64,000 nt of DNA from Deinococcota bacterium (GTDB lineage: Bacteria; Deinococcota; Deinococci; Deinococcales; Thermaceae), in NCBI GenBank assembly GCA_041695225.1, contig JBGFRI010000005.1, forward strand, positions 1-64,000, in the 5' to 3' direction. Shown one piece after another: positions 1 to 10,882 of the stretch (within the stretch, counting starts at the first letter, position 1; every line of letters begins with the position of its first letter). The notes beneath the pieces were generated by a model, which saw nothing but the letters and a program-made list of their open reading frames with translations, did no database searches and was not told the DNA's origin. The translations under genes were made by a program, and so were the position numbers.

Positions 1-197
1 TATCAGGCCTGAGCAGCCTTTGCTTGGTTAGGCCCAAGGCGAGCAGTTCATTGCCAAGCCACAGGGGCAGACGATCGGAGGGCTACGCCTTGAACCTAAT
101 ACCAGTTTGTCATACAGACGAAAACATTTATTTCTGACGGTATTACGAGGCGACCACAGGCCGACGAGCTAAAGACCGGGTGACAGAGTAGCCGAGG

Positions 198-221
198 CTT
201 GTCCTGAGCGCAGTCGAAGGG
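198..221 (+). repeat. Single 24-bp element CTTGTCCTGAGCGCAGTCGAAGGG inside a larger dispersed repeat
   Basis: Flanks GCCGAGG / ATGGAGGTGACTAATCCAT match those at 15459-15603 and the empty site at 34267. Confidence 0.8.
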
Positions 222-373
222 ATGGAGGTGACTAATCCATCCAGCGGGCACAAGGGCAACCTCCTAGGCACTCCCCCGGGTTTAGTCGCTATGGGTGGGC
301 ACACAGCATGGAAAACTCAACGGTCAAAGCTCTTTTTGGCTTGCGACCTGTGACCTGCGACATCCTTTTAGGG

Positions 374-2053
374 TTAGACCTTTTCTTTTTCTTTCTTATC
401 CTCTTCCAGGCTGAGCTGGCTCAGGAGGTCGCCGAATACGTCGCCCAGCTTGACATTGGTGTTGGAAGCAGCAGCCACGCTGGGATCGTAGTTGGTGTAG
501 GCGGCTGCGCCGCCTGCCGCGCCATAGTCAAAGTCGCGCTCGCGGCCTCGGCCTTCGCGGGAGCCTGGCTTGCCCTTGGAGCGTTTGGAGCGCTCGGCGC
601 CTTTGCCATCACGCCGGCCCTTGCGGTTTTCGCCCGCTTCGTCGCTGGGAACGCTAACCGCCTGGGGCGGTGGGGCCAGCAGGCGCTTGCGCGAGAGGCT
701 GATACGCTGCTCCACCGGGTCGATCTGGAGTATGGCAGCCTCAACCTCGTCGCCCCGTTTGAACATCTCCGAGGGCTTCTCGACGCGCTCGTAGGCCAGC
801 TCTGAGACGTGAATTAGCCCTTCGATGCCCGGCTCGATCTCCACAAACACCCCGAAGTCGGTCAGGCCGGTGACCTTGCCCTTGACCGGCGTTCCGGGGG
901 GGAAGCGGTCGGGCAGGCTCTTCCAGGGGTCGGGCTGGGTCTGTTTCAGGCCCAGCGAGAGACGGCGCTCGGCGGGGTCGATACGCAGTACCTGGGCCTC
1001 AATTTCCTGGCCTTCTTTCAGAATTTCGCCGGGGTGCTTGGGGCGCTTGGTCCAGGATAGCTCGGAGATGTGAATTAGGCCTTCCAGACCGGGCTCCACT
1101 TCCACAAAGGCGCCAAACTGGGTCAGGCCCACCACCCTGCCATTTAGCCTCGAGCCGATGGGGTACTTTTCCGAAACAGTCAGCCAGGGGTCGGGGTTGA
1201 GGGCTTTTATGGACAGATTGACCCGCTCGCGCTCGTGATCTACCGACAGGACCCTGGCCCTGACGGTCTGGCCCTTGTGCAGCACGTCTTTGGGATGATT
1301 AAATCGGCCCCAGGTTATCTCGCTACGGTGTACCAGGCCATCCACTCCACCCAGGGCCACAAACACACCAAACTCGGTGACTTCGACCACCTGGCCCTCG
1401 ACAATATCGCCTTCCTTAAGCGCCGAGAGCACCTGGTGACGGGCGGTCTTCTGCTCGGTCTCGAGCACAGTGCGGCGCGAGAGGATTACCCGGCCTTTTT
1501 TGCGGTTAAGCTCAATCACTTTGACCAGAAAACTCTGACCCACGTATCCGTCGAGCTCCGGGGTGCGCTTGAGATCTACCTGGCTGGCAGGAAGGAAGGC
1601 GCGAATGCCCTCGACGGTAGCAACCAGACCCCCTTTGACCTTTTCCTTCACCTGAACCATCACCGGCTCGCTCTTGTCGAACAGGGCCTGCACCCGTACC
1701 CAGCTCTGATCGGACTCGGCCCGCTTCTTGGAAAGCACCACCTGGCCGTTCTCGAGGTCGGCCCGCACCACATAGGCGCTCACCGTATCGCCCGGTTTGA
1801 GCAGGCTCTTTAGTTCCTCTTCACCGAGTGGCTCCTCGGTGAGCTGGTTGAAGGGAATTATGGCTTCAGTGCGCGCGCCGATGTCCACCATCACGCCATC
1901 GTTGGTGATCAACACCACCGTACCGGTGACGACCTGGCCGCGCTGGACGGTCTTCTCGAGCCGGGCCTCTGCGTCTTGCAGGGCCTGCTCCATGCTAAAA
2001 ACTTGGGGCTGGTTTCCAGTTTCCACTGGAGTCTGGGTAGCTTGGTCTTCCAT
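374..2053 (-). CDS. rpsA: 30S ribosomal protein S1
   Basis: Tandem S1 domains ([34 protein letters not shown]); start trimmed to MEDQ after GAGGAAA. Confidence 0.95.
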   Translation of the reverse strand: MEDQATQTPVETGNQPQVFSMEQALQDAEARLEKTVQRGQVVTGTVVLITNDGVMVDIGARTEAIIPFNQLTEEPLGEEELKSLLKPGDTVSAYVVRADLENGQVVLSKKRAESDQSWVRVQALFDKSEPVMVQVKEKVKGGLVATVEGIRAFLPASQVDLKRTPELDGYVGQSFLVKVIELNRKKGRVILSRRTVLETEQKTARHQVLSALKEGDIVEGQVVEVTEFGVFVALGGVDGLVHRSEITWGRFNHPKDVLHKGQTVRARVLSVDHERERVNLSIKALNPDPWLTVSEKYPIGSRLNGRVVGLTQFGAFVEVEPGLEGLIHISELSWTKRPKHPGEILKEGQEIEAQVLRIDPAERRLSLGLKQTQPDPWKSLPDRFPPGTPVKGKVTGLTDFGVFVEIEPGIEGLIHVSELAYERVEKPSEMFKRGDEVEAAILQIDPVEQRISLSRKRLLAPPPQAVSVPSDEAGENRKGRRDGKGAERSKRSKGKPGSREGRGRERDFDYGAAGGAAAYTNYDPSVAAASNTNVKLGDVFGDLLSQLSLEEDKKEKEKV

Positions 2054-2192
2054 TCGCCTGTTTCCTCTCTGCCTTTGCCTTCTGCCGCGCCAAAATTCCC
2101 ACCCAGACTGCTCTGGGTTTGGTCTGGGATAGTCTGCGCAACGGGTTGTCTCTACCAAGGATGCTAGACCCCAAGCTGAGACATACCTGTTA

Positions 2193-2221
2193 GTTATAGC
2201 ACAGGTTCCGGGGTTTGTCCA
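2193..2221 (-). promoter_or_regulatory. Putative sigma70 promoter of rpsA
   Basis: TGGACA-17nt-TATAAC with extended -10 TG on the minus strand. Confidence 0.55.
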
Positions 2222-2295
2222 ACTCGCCACATGCCAATTGAATGCGTATAGATACCCAGTCCAGAGCGGGGTTTCTCTTACTTTGCTACCAGCTT

Positions 2296-2366
2296 CTAAT
2301 AGCTAATAGCTGATAGCGAATAGCAAACGATTAGTTGCTATCAGCTATCAGCTATGGGCTATCGGC
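2296..2366. repeat. Inverted heptamer array (CTAATAG/CTGATAG versus CTATCAG)
   Basis: About 4 heptamers followed by about 4 complementary heptamers; can fold as a hairpin. Confidence 0.85.
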
Positions 2367-2435
2367 TTCTAGAGGGCCGGTAGTCGAACGCCCAGCAGCG
2401 GTGGAGACTAAAACCAGTACAGGGCTACGTCACTG

Positions 2436-3185
2436 CTAGCCTTGGGGTGCCTGTGCGGCTCTGAGGAAGTTCTGGGCCTGGGTGAGCAGAGCCCGTACAT
2501 CGCTTCTGAAGCCGCCGAGGTTGCCCCCGGACAGCTTAGCCATGGCGTCTACAAACCCCCTGGCGCTCAGGCCCTGGGCCCGGGGTGAGTCCTGCACAAT
2601 CAGATAGAGCGCGTAGGCCCTGGTGGCCTCGAGGAAGGCCCGCACCGCACTGGTCTGGGCCTGGGCTCGCTGTAGGGCATTGACGATGCCCTGGGCATAG
2701 GTGCGCTCAAAAAGGCGGCGTAGCCCCTCCAGGTCGTTGGCTGCGGCCAGGGTCTGGGCCTCGGCTTGCAGAGCTCGAGGCAGGCCGGAGGCCGAGAGCA
2801 GCCTGGGTAGCATGCGATTGGCATCCTGGATGTTGCCCGCCGAAAGAGCGGCGAAATAACCGTCGTAGAGGGCCTTGCCCAGGATAGCCAGGATGATCTG
2901 AATGCGGGCCTCGAGGTCGGCAGTGCTGCGGCGGGCCAGAGCCTGGCGGGCATCGGCCAGCGATTGCAGCACCCCATCGCGCAGTACCGGCGTCAGCTGG
3001 CCAGACCCCTGGCGGAAGTCGTTGGTGGCCCTGTCGAGAATTTCCAGAGCTCGGGCCGGGTTGTTGTTTTGCATGGTGCGGACCTGATCCAGCGCGGGCG
3101 CCAGCTGGTCGTATAAGGTGATGGCCGGGGCGGCCCAGGCCAGGCCCAGTAGTGCAACTATTGCCAACCAACGCTTCATCGTCAT
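2436..3185 (-). CDS. Hypothetical exported alpha-helical protein
   Basis: Signal peptide MKRWLAIVALLGLAWA, GGAGG RBS; start could be 3179. Confidence 0.75.
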   Translation of the reverse strand: MTMKRWLAIVALLGLAWAAPAITLYDQLAPALDQVRTMQNNNPARALEILDRATNDFRQGSGQLTPVLRDGVLQSLADARQALARRSTADLEARIQIILAILGKALYDGYFAALSAGNIQDANRMLPRLLSASGLPRALQAEAQTLAAANDLEGLRRLFERTYAQGIVNALQRAQAQTSAVRAFLEATRAYALYLIVQDSPRAQGLSARGFVDAMAKLSGGNLGGFRSDVRALLTQAQNFLRAAQAPQG

Positions 3186-3191
3186 AACCTC

Positions 3192-3830
3192 CTATCGCTT
3201 TGCTGCTACCTGGGTGGCTTCAATCCTGCTCACTCGGTATAGTAACTGCCCCAGATTGGTCTTGTTGCCTGTGAGCACCGCCAGGTAGCCACGGTCTAGC
3301 GGGCGCAGAACCAGCTGGGCTTCCCTGAACACAGTGTAAAACACCCGGTAGCTCCCTTTGCGGTCAAGTAACCGATGTGCAGCCGAGAACAAGCCGGCCA
3401 GACTGTCGCTATGTGCTCCTAGTCGGCATTCCCGCCCGTGCACCGAATCCAGCACCACTGCCAGCACCCCCGCCCCACGGGCCAGGTCAAGTACCAGAGC
3501 CTGGCGGCACTGTTCCTTGTCCAGCTCGACATACTCGACCAGATCGGTGGCCTCGAGGGTAGGCCGGGTGGGGCCAGACCCCATTTCGGGGCTCGAGGCC
3601 TGTTGGCGCAACTGCTGCGCTAGCCTTTGTAGATCGGGCATCGGCCCGCTAAAGTGGAGCATACCTCTCAACTCCTGTTGCAAAGGCCCCTCAATCAACT
3701 CGACCCAGCTCCCTGGCCTCAGCAAACCCGGCGACTGCCCTCCAAGCGCCCGTTTTAGCAGGTTGCCGGCTGCCTCTACAGAGACTAGACGCGACAGGGC
3801 CTCAATTACTTTTCGCTCGGTATCGCTCAA
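3192..3830 (-). CDS. Hypothetical protein (possible C-terminal roadblock-like domain)
   Basis: 212-aa ORF ending 6 nt before the next gene; the domain guess is weak. Confidence 0.6.
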   Translation of the reverse strand: MSDTERKVIEALSRLVSVEAAGNLLKRALGGQSPGLLRPGSWVELIEGPLQQELRGMLHFSGPMPDLQRLAQQLRQQASSPEMGSGPTRPTLEATDLVEYVELDKEQCRQALVLDLARGAGVLAVVLDSVHGRECRLGAHSDSLAGLFSAAHRLLDRKGSYRVFYTVFREAQLVLRPLDRGYLAVLTGNKTNLGQLLYRVSRIEATQVAAKR

Positions 3831-4150
3831 CTATATCCCCCGAGAGTAGTTTCTGGGAACATGTGCTGTTGGCCCGCATTGCCAGACCTTTCTGGCCATC
3901 ACAGGTGCAGCCTTCGGGCAACTGTACCGCACACCAGACCGCCCTCTGGCGACTGCCAAAGTTGAGCGCGGCTGCTCTGGCATGGTCTGGCCCGAGCAGC
4001 AGGACAAAGTTCTGGACCGGCTAGCAACTGGGTGTTTTGACATGTTTCCTCTTGGTCGTTGCGATGACCCCCGGAGTTGGGCACAGCTTAGCCTGCCCTG
4101 GCTACTCGAGCTAAACCCCCTGGGCCTTGTGGAGGATTATAGACAAGCCC

Positions 4151-4179
4151 TTGTCAAAACCTGGGTCATCTTGTACCAT
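4151..4179 (+). promoter_or_regulatory. Putative promoter of the tRNA pair
   Basis: TTGTCA-17nt-TACCAT. Confidence 0.45.
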
Positions 4180-4211
4180 ACCCGTTGCCTGCTTATACGG
4201 GTCGCTTCCCT

Positions 4212-4285
4212 TGGGGCATCGTCTAACGGCAGGACTACGGATTCTGGCTCCGTCAATCGTGGTTCGAATCCACGTGCCCCAGCCA
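4212..4285 (+). tRNA. tRNA-Gln(CTG)
   Basis: Acceptor stem TGGGGCA/TGCCCCA, anticodon arm ACGGA-ttCTGgc-TCCGT, GGTTCGAATCC T-arm, encoded CCA. Confidence 0.97.
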
Positions 4286-4340
4286 GATTTATCCTGGCAA
4301 CTGCGTCCCAAAAGGCAGAAGGCAAGATAAACCACAGTCT

Positions 4341-4415
4341 GGCCCCATCGACTAGCGGTTAGGTCACCGCCCTTTCAAGGCGGCGGCAGGGGTTCGAATC
4401 CCCTTGGGGTCACCA
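4341..4415 (+). tRNA. tRNA-Glu(TTC)
   Basis: Anticodon arm CCGCC-ctTTCaa-GGCGG, GGTTCGAATCC, encoded CCA. Confidence 0.97.
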
Positions 4416-4419
4416 GATG

Positions 4420-4450
4420 GCGCCCGGCGAAAGCCGGGCGTTCTTGTTTT
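4420..4450 (+). terminator. Intrinsic terminator after the tRNAs
   Basis: CGCCCGGC-GAAA-GCCGGGCG hairpin followed by a T-rich tract. Confidence 0.85.
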
Positions 4451-4599
4451 GACCAGGTTAGGTTGCCAGGTTATGTTGATGGATTAATCACCCCCATCTC
4501 CAAACCGCTCCATCATCGAGCATCGAGTCTATTGCGGCCGTCCTCGTATAGTCTGGAGGTGGGCTGGAAGCAATGGGTCAAGGCCCTTTAGGAGACAGC

Positions 4600-5535
4600 A
4601 TGAACCAGTACGACATAGTAATCATCGGGGGTGGTCCAGCCGGGCTGACCGCAGGCATCTACACCGGACGGGCTAACCTGAAGACGGTGATCCTGGAAAA
4701 AGGACTGCCGGGAGGCCAGATTGCCCAGACCGAGGAGGTAGAGAACTACCCCGGCTTCCCCCAGCCCATCGGCGGCCCCGAACTCTCTGAGCGCATGGTG
4801 CAGCAGGCCAAGCGCTTCGGAGCAGAGATAATCATGGAGGAGGCCCGGGCCATTGAAAAGACCCCCCAGGGTTTTGTGGTCAGGGGCTATGAAGACGACT
4901 ACCTGGCCCGCAGTCTCATCCTGGCTACGGGGGCCAACCCCCGGAAGCTGGGCGTGCCAGGGGAAGAAAAGTTCTACGGCAGGGGGGTCTCGACCTGCGC
5001 GACCTGCGATGGCTTTTTCTACCGCGGCAAAGAGGTGGTGGTAGTAGGGGGAGGAGACGCGGCGGTGGAGGAAGGCCTCTTCCTTACCCGGTTTGCCTCC
5101 AGGGTGACCCTGGTGCACCGCCGCAGCGAGCTGCGGGCCAACAAGACCGCCCAGGCCAGGGCTTTGGCTAACCCCAGCATGCGCTTTATCTGGGAGACGG
5201 TAGTACAGGAGGTGCTGGGGGAAGAGGTGGTAACTGGCGTGCGGCTCCAGAACCTCAGAACCAAAGAGGCCTACGACTACCCCGCCGACGGGGTGTTTAT
5301 CTTCATCGGGCATGAGCCCAATACCGGCTTTCTGGAGGGTCTGGTCAGGCTGCGGCCGGATGGGTATGTGGAGGTGCAGGACGAGATCTTTACCTCGGTG
5401 CCGGGCCTGTTTGCCGCGGGGGATGTGGCCGACCCGGTCTACCGGCAGCTGACCACCAGTGTGGGGGCGGGTACGCGGGCGGCCATGATGGCGGAGCGGT
5501 ATCTGGTCCAGCATGCTACTGAGGAAGTTGGGTAG
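4600..5535 (+). CDS. trxB: Thioredoxin-disulfide reductase
   Basis: GGGPAG FAD motif, CATCD active site, [16 protein letters not shown] motif. Confidence 0.95.
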   Translation: MNQYDIVIIGGGPAGLTAGIYTGRANLKTVILEKGLPGGQIAQTEEVENYPGFPQPIGGPELSERMVQQAKRFGAEIIMEEARAIEKTPQGFVVRGYEDDYLARSLILATGANPRKLGVPGEEKFYGRGVSTCATCDGFFYRGKEVVVVGGGDAAVEEGLFLTRFASRVTLVHRRSELRANKTAQARALANPSMRFIWETVVQEVLGEEVVTGVRLQNLRTKEAYDYPADGVFIFIGHEPNTGFLEGLVRLRPDGYVEVQDEIFTSVPGLFAAGDVADPVYRQLTTSVGAGTRAAMMAERYLVQHATEEVG

Positions 5536-5577
5536 ACGGTTCGGCCCTGGTGGCACGGGATAATTCTTGATAACACA

Positions 5578-5792
5578 ACAGACCATGGACCCGGTCGTTT
5601 GTCCATAGACAGTAGTCGATAGTCGATAGTCGATAGTCCATAGACAATGGACCATAGGCCATAAACTCTGCCCGTACACCAGTGGTACGATCACGAAGGT
5701 CAAAAGTCTAAGGTCGAAGGCAAGCCGGCACTCTAAAGCGGTCGATAGTCTATAGTCGATAGTCTATAGACCATAGACAGTAGACCATAAAC
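5578..5792. repeat. Heptamer repeat tracts (TAGTCGA/TAGACCA, GAAGGTC-like)
   Basis: Several runs of 7-nt units downstream of trxB. Confidence 0.85.
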
Positions 5793-5983
5793 TCTCTACT
5801 CAATACACCGCAGTGGCGATTCCCTGCGGGACAGCCCGGCGGCCGCGCACCGCGGGGAAGTTGTATTGTGATCTGGGCGCAACGTCGGTGACGAGGGCGA
5901 TGGGTGGTATTACCGTGAGGACAGTAGCAGGGTATGTGCAAAATATTGGGTAAACCACCAAAACAACTCGAGGCGGCGCTGAG

Positions 5984-7111
5984 TTGGGAAAGGCCACGCC
6001 CTTGACGGCGTCACCAGATAGTGGCCTGGTGCGATTGCGTCTGACCGCTGGAAGCGCGCTGGGTTTGTTCATGACCGGGGCCATCGGGGCTGCGGTAGGG
6101 GCAGTGATTCCACAGTGGCACACAGAGTTTGGGATCAGGGGTGAACTGGCCTGGTACTTCAACCTGTTTTTTGTAGGGGCTCTACTGGGCATTTTTTTTA
6201 GCACTCGCATGCGCAACCGCCATCCCTGGCTCTCGCTGGCACTGGCGGTGGAGGGGGTGGGTTTGGGGCTGGTAGCCCTTTCACCCGAGGTGAGCGGAAT
6301 CTTTCTGGCCGCGCTACTGCTGGGCTTTGGGGTGGCGGTTGCCAACTTTCACTGCAATGCGCTGCCGCTGGATCTCTACCCAAGAGGCCAGATGGTCATG
6401 CTAAATCGTATTAACGCGGCCTTCGGGCTGGGAGCAGTTTTGGCGCCATTGTTGATGGTCTGGCTGCCCTGGCGCTGTGGATACGGGCTGCTGGCCGTGG
6501 GGGCTTTGCTGGCTGCGGTACTGCTATGGAAAGCGCCTGCACGCAGAGCGCATCTGGCCACGGAGTTCCCAAAACAGCGGCCAGAACTGCTGCCGTATGT
6601 CGTGGCGGCAGTGGTGGCTTACGTGGCGCTGGAGGTGGTGGTCTCGAGCTTCTCCGGCCTCTACTTGCGCCACCTGGGCTACGACCCTCGCCTGGTGGGG
6701 GTGTTGCTCTCGCTCTACTGGGTGGCGCTCACGCTGGGGCGCCTGTTACTGGCCGATTTTATTGCCAGCCGCCCACTGGCGCGGCTGGCCTGGTTACACC
6801 TGGGGGCTTTTCTGATGGTGCTGTGTTATTTCGTGCCGCCGCTGGCCTGGCTGTTTCCACTGGTGGGTTTTTTTGTCGCCCCGACCTTTCCCACCCTCTA
6901 CGCTATTACCCAGCGGTATATCGGTTTCCCGGCACTGGCCTACCTGTTCTACGCTGGGGCGGCTGGCGGCAGTCTGATTCCTGCGGCCTTTGCCCTGGTT
7001 CCTATGGAGAGCCTGGCCCTGGGTATGCTGGGTCTGGTGGGTCTAATGGCGCTGATGACCCAGCTTCTGAGGCAAAAAAGTGAAACCCAAAGCGCTGCTC
7101 CCCGACCTTGA
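5984..7111 (+). CDS. MFS transporter
   Basis: About 12 hydrophobic segments; FGLGAVLAP motif; start uncertain. Confidence 0.8.
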   Translation: MGKATPLTASPDSGLVRLRLTAGSALGLFMTGAIGAAVGAVIPQWHTEFGIRGELAWYFNLFFVGALLGIFFSTRMRNRHPWLSLALAVEGVGLGLVALSPEVSGIFLAALLLGFGVAVANFHCNALPLDLYPRGQMVMLNRINAAFGLGAVLAPLLMVWLPWRCGYGLLAVGALLAAVLLWKAPARRAHLATEFPKQRPELLPYVVAAVVAYVALEVVVSSFSGLYLRHLGYDPRLVGVLLSLYWVALTLGRLLLADFIASRPLARLAWLHLGAFLMVLCYFVPPLAWLFPLVGFFVAPTFPTLYAITQRYIGFPALAYLFYAGAAGGSLIPAAFALVPMESLALGMLGLVGLMALMTQLLRQKSETQSAAPRP

Positions 7112-7287
7112 CGGAACTATTGCCGATGCCGATGGTTTACACCAGCAAGCCTGGCTGGAAGGGTACTTCCTGCACTGGTTTATGCAGTACAGGCAAACAG
7201 TGAGGCGGGTAGGCTGTCAGTTGTAACGCTCGAGTCTTGGGGCCGGCCCCAAGAGCGCTGGCCTGTGCAAAGCTGGTCAAAAAGGCG

Positions 7288-7420
7288 GTCGATAGTCCAT
7301 AGTCGACAGTCGATAGTCCATAGTCGACAGTCGATAGTCCATAGACCATAGACAATAGACCATAGACCATAGACCATAGACCATAGACCATAGACCATAG
7401 ACCATAGACCATACACAATA
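7288..7420. repeat. Long heptamer tandem array (TAGTCGA/TAGTCCA/TAGACCA)
   Basis: About 18 consecutive 7-nt units between convergent genes. Confidence 0.92.
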
Positions 7421-7484
7421 AACGGTCCGCCGTGTACCCAGGTGTAGCTGCATCCTGCCTTGGGGACAAACCTATTACCGGGTA

Positions 7485-8588
7485 CTACAACTGGTAGCGC
7501 GTGTAAGGGTTCTGGTGTGGTGGGCCATCGGAAATCCACACCTCCTTGGAGCTCAAATTCATAATTACCGAGGCGATCGTGCGGTAGGGTTCGCCCAGTG
7601 CATACTCTTCCTGGCTGGCGGTGCGGCAGACCGCATAGGGCGCACCCTCCCGGTCTGCCAGAGCAGCTTTGAAATCGTCCAGACCAGGCCTTACTGATTG
7701 CTCTAGCCGGGCGCCCAGACGCTTAGCCCGGTGGATGGAACGATCGAGCCACTCGAGGGCAGGAACCTCGATGCCAAATTGCTCAGGCGCGATGTAGTGG
7801 TTGGCGTGCACCAGTAGACGCTGGTCTTCCCAGACTGCAACTGCAGCAGGCGAGACTTCCAGATCTCGCGCCCGCTCACCCTGGGCGATCAAAAAGTTAC
7901 CCGAACCAGTGCGGGGGCTCTCGACAATAACCGCCTCGGCCCCTGCCAAAGTTCTTTGCCGGAGGGCCTGGTAGGTACGCAGGTGGAATGGCTTGCCCAG
8001 CCCGGCCCAGTTGTCGCCCACCGAGATCAGCCCATTGATACACAAGCCCAGGCCGTGCGAGTTGAGCCCGATTTTGCCGCCGAAAATGCCCGCTTCGGTA
8101 AATGCCAGAACGCGGGTTCCGTCGGGCTCGAGGATGTGCTGTACTGCACCCTGCACTCCTTCCATCCAGTCCCAGTTCTGCCCCATCCAGAGACTGCCAT
8201 CGCTGGTATAAGCAGGCAGAAAGGCAAAGGCAGTGCAGCCGTTGGGAGCTTCGTGGGGCAGGTAAACCGGGGCGGTGTCCTGGGCAAACTGGTAATAAAC
8301 AATCTCGTAGCGCACGTTGAGGGTGGCAATATCTACCAGTGGCTGGCCCGACCCCAGGGCGATGCCTTCAATGCCCTGGGCATAGGCTGGGCTTTGCTGC
8401 TGGATAGCCCGAAAATACCGCTCTCCCCGGCTGCGGGCCTCGGCAGGGGGTAGCTTACACTCCACCTCGAAGCGATGGAAATAGAGCTCGAGGTTGTGGG
8501 CAATCCGGTCTGCCAGGGCAGTTCCCTGTACGATACCCTGATCGTAGGAAGAACCGGAAAGCTTCAGGTAGGGCAGCATCTGCTCCAA
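7485..8588 (-). CDS. C45 family autoproteolytic acyltransferase/peptidase
   Basis: G-C-T autocleavage site (NGCTAF), GQNWDW, GLNSHGLGLCING, HANH motifs. Confidence 0.88.
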   Translation of the reverse strand: MEQMLPYLKLSGSSYDQGIVQGTALADRIAHNLELYFHRFEVECKLPPAEARSRGERYFRAIQQQSPAYAQGIEGIALGSGQPLVDIATLNVRYEIVYYQFAQDTAPVYLPHEAPNGCTAFAFLPAYTSDGSLWMGQNWDWMEGVQGAVQHILEPDGTRVLAFTEAGIFGGKIGLNSHGLGLCINGLISVGDNWAGLGKPFHLRTYQALRQRTLAGAEAVIVESPRTGSGNFLIAQGERARDLEVSPAAVAVWEDQRLLVHANHYIAPEQFGIEVPALEWLDRSIHRAKRLGARLEQSVRPGLDDFKAALADREGAPYAVCRTASQEEYALGEPYRTIASVIMNLSSKEVWISDGPPHQNPYTRYQL

Positions 8589-8812
8589 TTATGGAGCATG
8601 ACCGGTTTGGGTCAAATCTGTTCGCCGCTTTGAAAACCCTAAAGCAGCAGGTCCGATGCGTGATATAGGCTGTCCTGGATACCATCCGCGCAAAGGGTAG
8701 GGTATCATCCGAAAGGTGAAAATTCCGCTGAGTAAGCTATTTTTGGCTTTTTTTGGCGTTGGCCTGGTGGCTTTTGGCGGCGGTGGCAACCCCTCTGAGC
8801 TTTGGCTACCGG

Positions 8813-9787
8813 CTATCCGCTATCTGCCTCCGCCTTCAACACCTTTGCCAGATCAATCCAGGCCGGCATCTTCTCGAAGCCCAGGGCCTCGTTGATGGCC
8901 AGCATCGAGCGGTTGACCTGGGCGTTATGGGTACGGACCGCCGTCTTACCCAGTTGCCTGGCGTGGGTGAGGGCGGTCACTTTGAGCGCCAGCGCCAGGC
9001 CCTTGTGGCGGTGTTTGCGCAGCACGGTAGTAAAGCCAGTGTTGAGGTCGTTGTCGGCGGGGCGCTTGAAGAGCATCGAGACCCCCGCATATTCGCCGTC
9101 CTTGACTGCCAGAAACCACAGCGCAGGGTCGAAGTCGGGGTTGGAGCGGGTGTTCTCCCAGTAGCGTTCCTGGGTAGGAAAGGTAAACTGCTCTCCCGGC
9201 GGCAGGGGTACATCCTCGCTGCCCGCCAGGTCGAGTTCGTACATTTTGCGCTCGTACTCGGGGTCGTCCAGCAAATCTGCCAGACTTTTGATCTGGTAGC
9301 CCAGAGCCAGCACCTTTTGCAGATCACTGGCCCAGCGCTCGGGGTCGAACTGGCTCAAATTCAGCCTGGACTCCCAGGTTCGGAACTCTTCCTGAAAACC
9401 GTATTTTTTCGCAAAACGCAGGGCCTCGAGCTTGTCGGCCCGGGTCGAGGCCAGCAGCTTGATGGGGTCGAATGGCTCTAGCTCGGCCATCATCGCATCG
9501 TAAAGGGCGGTGCCCACGCCCTGCCGCTGGTGGGCAGGGTCAACGCTCACGCCCACGTAGAACTTCTGCGGGTGATAGAGCCACTCCATCTGATAAAATG
9601 ACGCGCTGCCCAGCATTATGCCGTTTTTCTCGGCCACCAGGCGACGGAAGACCAGCCCGGGTTTTAGGCGTTTGTCGCTGGATTCAAGCATCTCGGGCAG
9701 TACGGGGTTGTCGGGCCAGACGGCAGTGCGAACTCGAGCCAGCTCGGGATAATCGGCAGGGGTAAAGGCTCGAATGGTAAAGCTCAT
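8813..9787 (-). CDS. Tandem-domain GNAT N-acetyltransferase
   Basis: Two acetyl-CoA motifs (VDPAHQRQGVG, VLRKHRHKGLA); C-terminal NxxMLAINEALGF. Confidence 0.88.
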   Translation of the reverse strand: MSFTIRAFTPADYPELARVRTAVWPDNPVLPEMLESSDKRLKPGLVFRRLVAEKNGIMLGSASFYQMEWLYHPQKFYVGVSVDPAHQRQGVGTALYDAMMAELEPFDPIKLLASTRADKLEALRFAKKYGFQEEFRTWESRLNLSQFDPERWASDLQKVLALGYQIKSLADLLDDPEYERKMYELDLAGSEDVPLPPGEQFTFPTQERYWENTRSNPDFDPALWFLAVKDGEYAGVSMLFKRPADNDLNTGFTTVLRKHRHKGLALALKVTALTHARQLGKTAVRTHNAQVNRSMLAINEALGFEKMPAWIDLAKVLKAEADSG

Positions 9788-9804
9788 AATTCCTCCCTTG
9801 TAAA

Positions 9805-9861
9805 GATGTCTCAGGTCTCAGGTCTCAGGTCGCAAGCCAAAAAGACCTGAGGCTTGAGACA
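9805..9861. repeat. Heptamer hairpin element with conserved TCTTTTTGGCTT loop (reverse orientation)
   Basis: Related copies at 331-364 and 19178-19238. Confidence 0.8.
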
Positions 9862-9864
9862 CTC

Positions 9865-10845
9865 CTAAGTTGCTGCTACTGCGGCTTCCTCCCTGATGGT
9901 CAGCACATAGTCGGCCCAGATGGGCTGCTTAACAAAACCCATGGCCTCGTTGATGGAAAGCATGGCCCGGTTGTTAGACTCGTTGCCGGTGCGAATTTCC
10001 TTGACCCCATGCTCTTTGGCGAAGAGTATGCCCTTAAGCTTGAGGGCCAGGGCCAGGCCCAGGCGGCGGTAGGCCCGGCGGGTGCCGGTCAGGCCGGTGC
10101 CCAGGTAGTCGCCGTCGCTCTTCCAGAGGGTGCTCATGGCCACGTACTGGCCGGTCTTTCTGTCTACCGCCACAAAGTGGGCTTCCGCCAAAAAGTAACT
10201 GCTACCAAACACCCATTTGCAGTACTCTTCAAAGCTAACCTCGCTAATGGCGTCGGGGCGGGGCACGTCTAACCGGGCCTCGAGCCAGAGGTCGTAGGCT
10301 TTGTGCCGGTACTCGGGGTCAGTTTCCAGCTCCTTCAGGCTTTTAAGGTCGAAACCCAGCGCCTCTACCGCCTCAATTTTTCCGGCATAAGGGGCAAAGT
10401 CGAAGGCCTGCACATCCAGGCGCGACTCCCAGTATTTCATCTTCTCCACAAAGCCCAGCTTGTGTAGCCAGGCAATGGCATGGGCCTGGTCTTCTCGCGT
10501 GCTGCTCGATACAGAGATGGGGTGGTGGGGTTCAATGGCCGCCATAACCTGCCGGTAGAGCGCGTTGCCAATCCCCTGGCTGCGGAACTCCGGCTTCACC
10601 GTCACCCAGAGGGCAAACTTCTGCGGGTGGTACATGCCCTCGAACTGGGTGTACTCGCCCACCCCCACCACCTGGCCATCTACCTCGGCCACAAAGCGCC
10701 CCCACTTGATCTTGGGCGGGTGGTCGTCGTCCTCGCGCAAACCGGCTTCGGTGTGTACCTGGTCGGGCCAGGCGGCGTTGAACACCTCGGCAATTGCGGC
10801 ATAGTCTCGCTCTGCAAAAGGTCGGATAATAGGTTTCAGGATCAT
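9865..10845 (-). CDS. Tandem-domain GNAT N-acetyltransferase
   Basis: VKPEFRSQGIG and TRRAYRRLGLA motifs; start trimmed to MILKP after GGAGGAG. Confidence 0.88.
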   Translation of the reverse strand: MILKPIIRPFAERDYAAIAEVFNAAWPDQVHTEAGLREDDDHPPKIKWGRFVAEVDGQVVGVGEYTQFEGMYHPQKFALWVTVKPEFRSQGIGNALYRQVMAAIEPHHPISVSSSTREDQAHAIAWLHKLGFVEKMKYWESRLDVQAFDFAPYAGKIEAVEALGFDLKSLKELETDPEYRHKAYDLWLEARLDVPRPDAISEVSFEEYCKWVFGSSYFLAEAHFVAVDRKTGQYVAMSTLWKSDGDYLGTGLTGTRRAYRRLGLALALKLKGILFAKEHGVKEIRTGNESNNRAMLSINEAMGFVKQPIWADYVLTIREEAAVAAT

Positions 10846-10882
10846 CAGGCTCCTCCCGAGCGTCTGAGTGGTAGCGGGTTCT

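Noticed and set aside
3982..4362. ORFs over the tRNA region
   Set aside because: They overlap clear tRNA genes and show no protein motifs.
4212..4415. Prophage or island integrated at the tRNAs
   Set aside because: No integrase nearby and no duplicated tRNA 3' end noticed in the window.
4588..5703. Long antisense ORFs (this one, 45177-46244, 22422-23240 and others)
   Set aside because: They are shadows of well-supported genes, as expected in high-GC DNA.
7288..7420. CRISPR array
   Set aside because: These are contiguous 7-nt units with no unique spacers, and there are no cas genes in the window.
7137..7539. ORFs with (MVYGLWS)n repeats
   Set aside because: They are translations of the heptamer array, with no RBS or other coding support.
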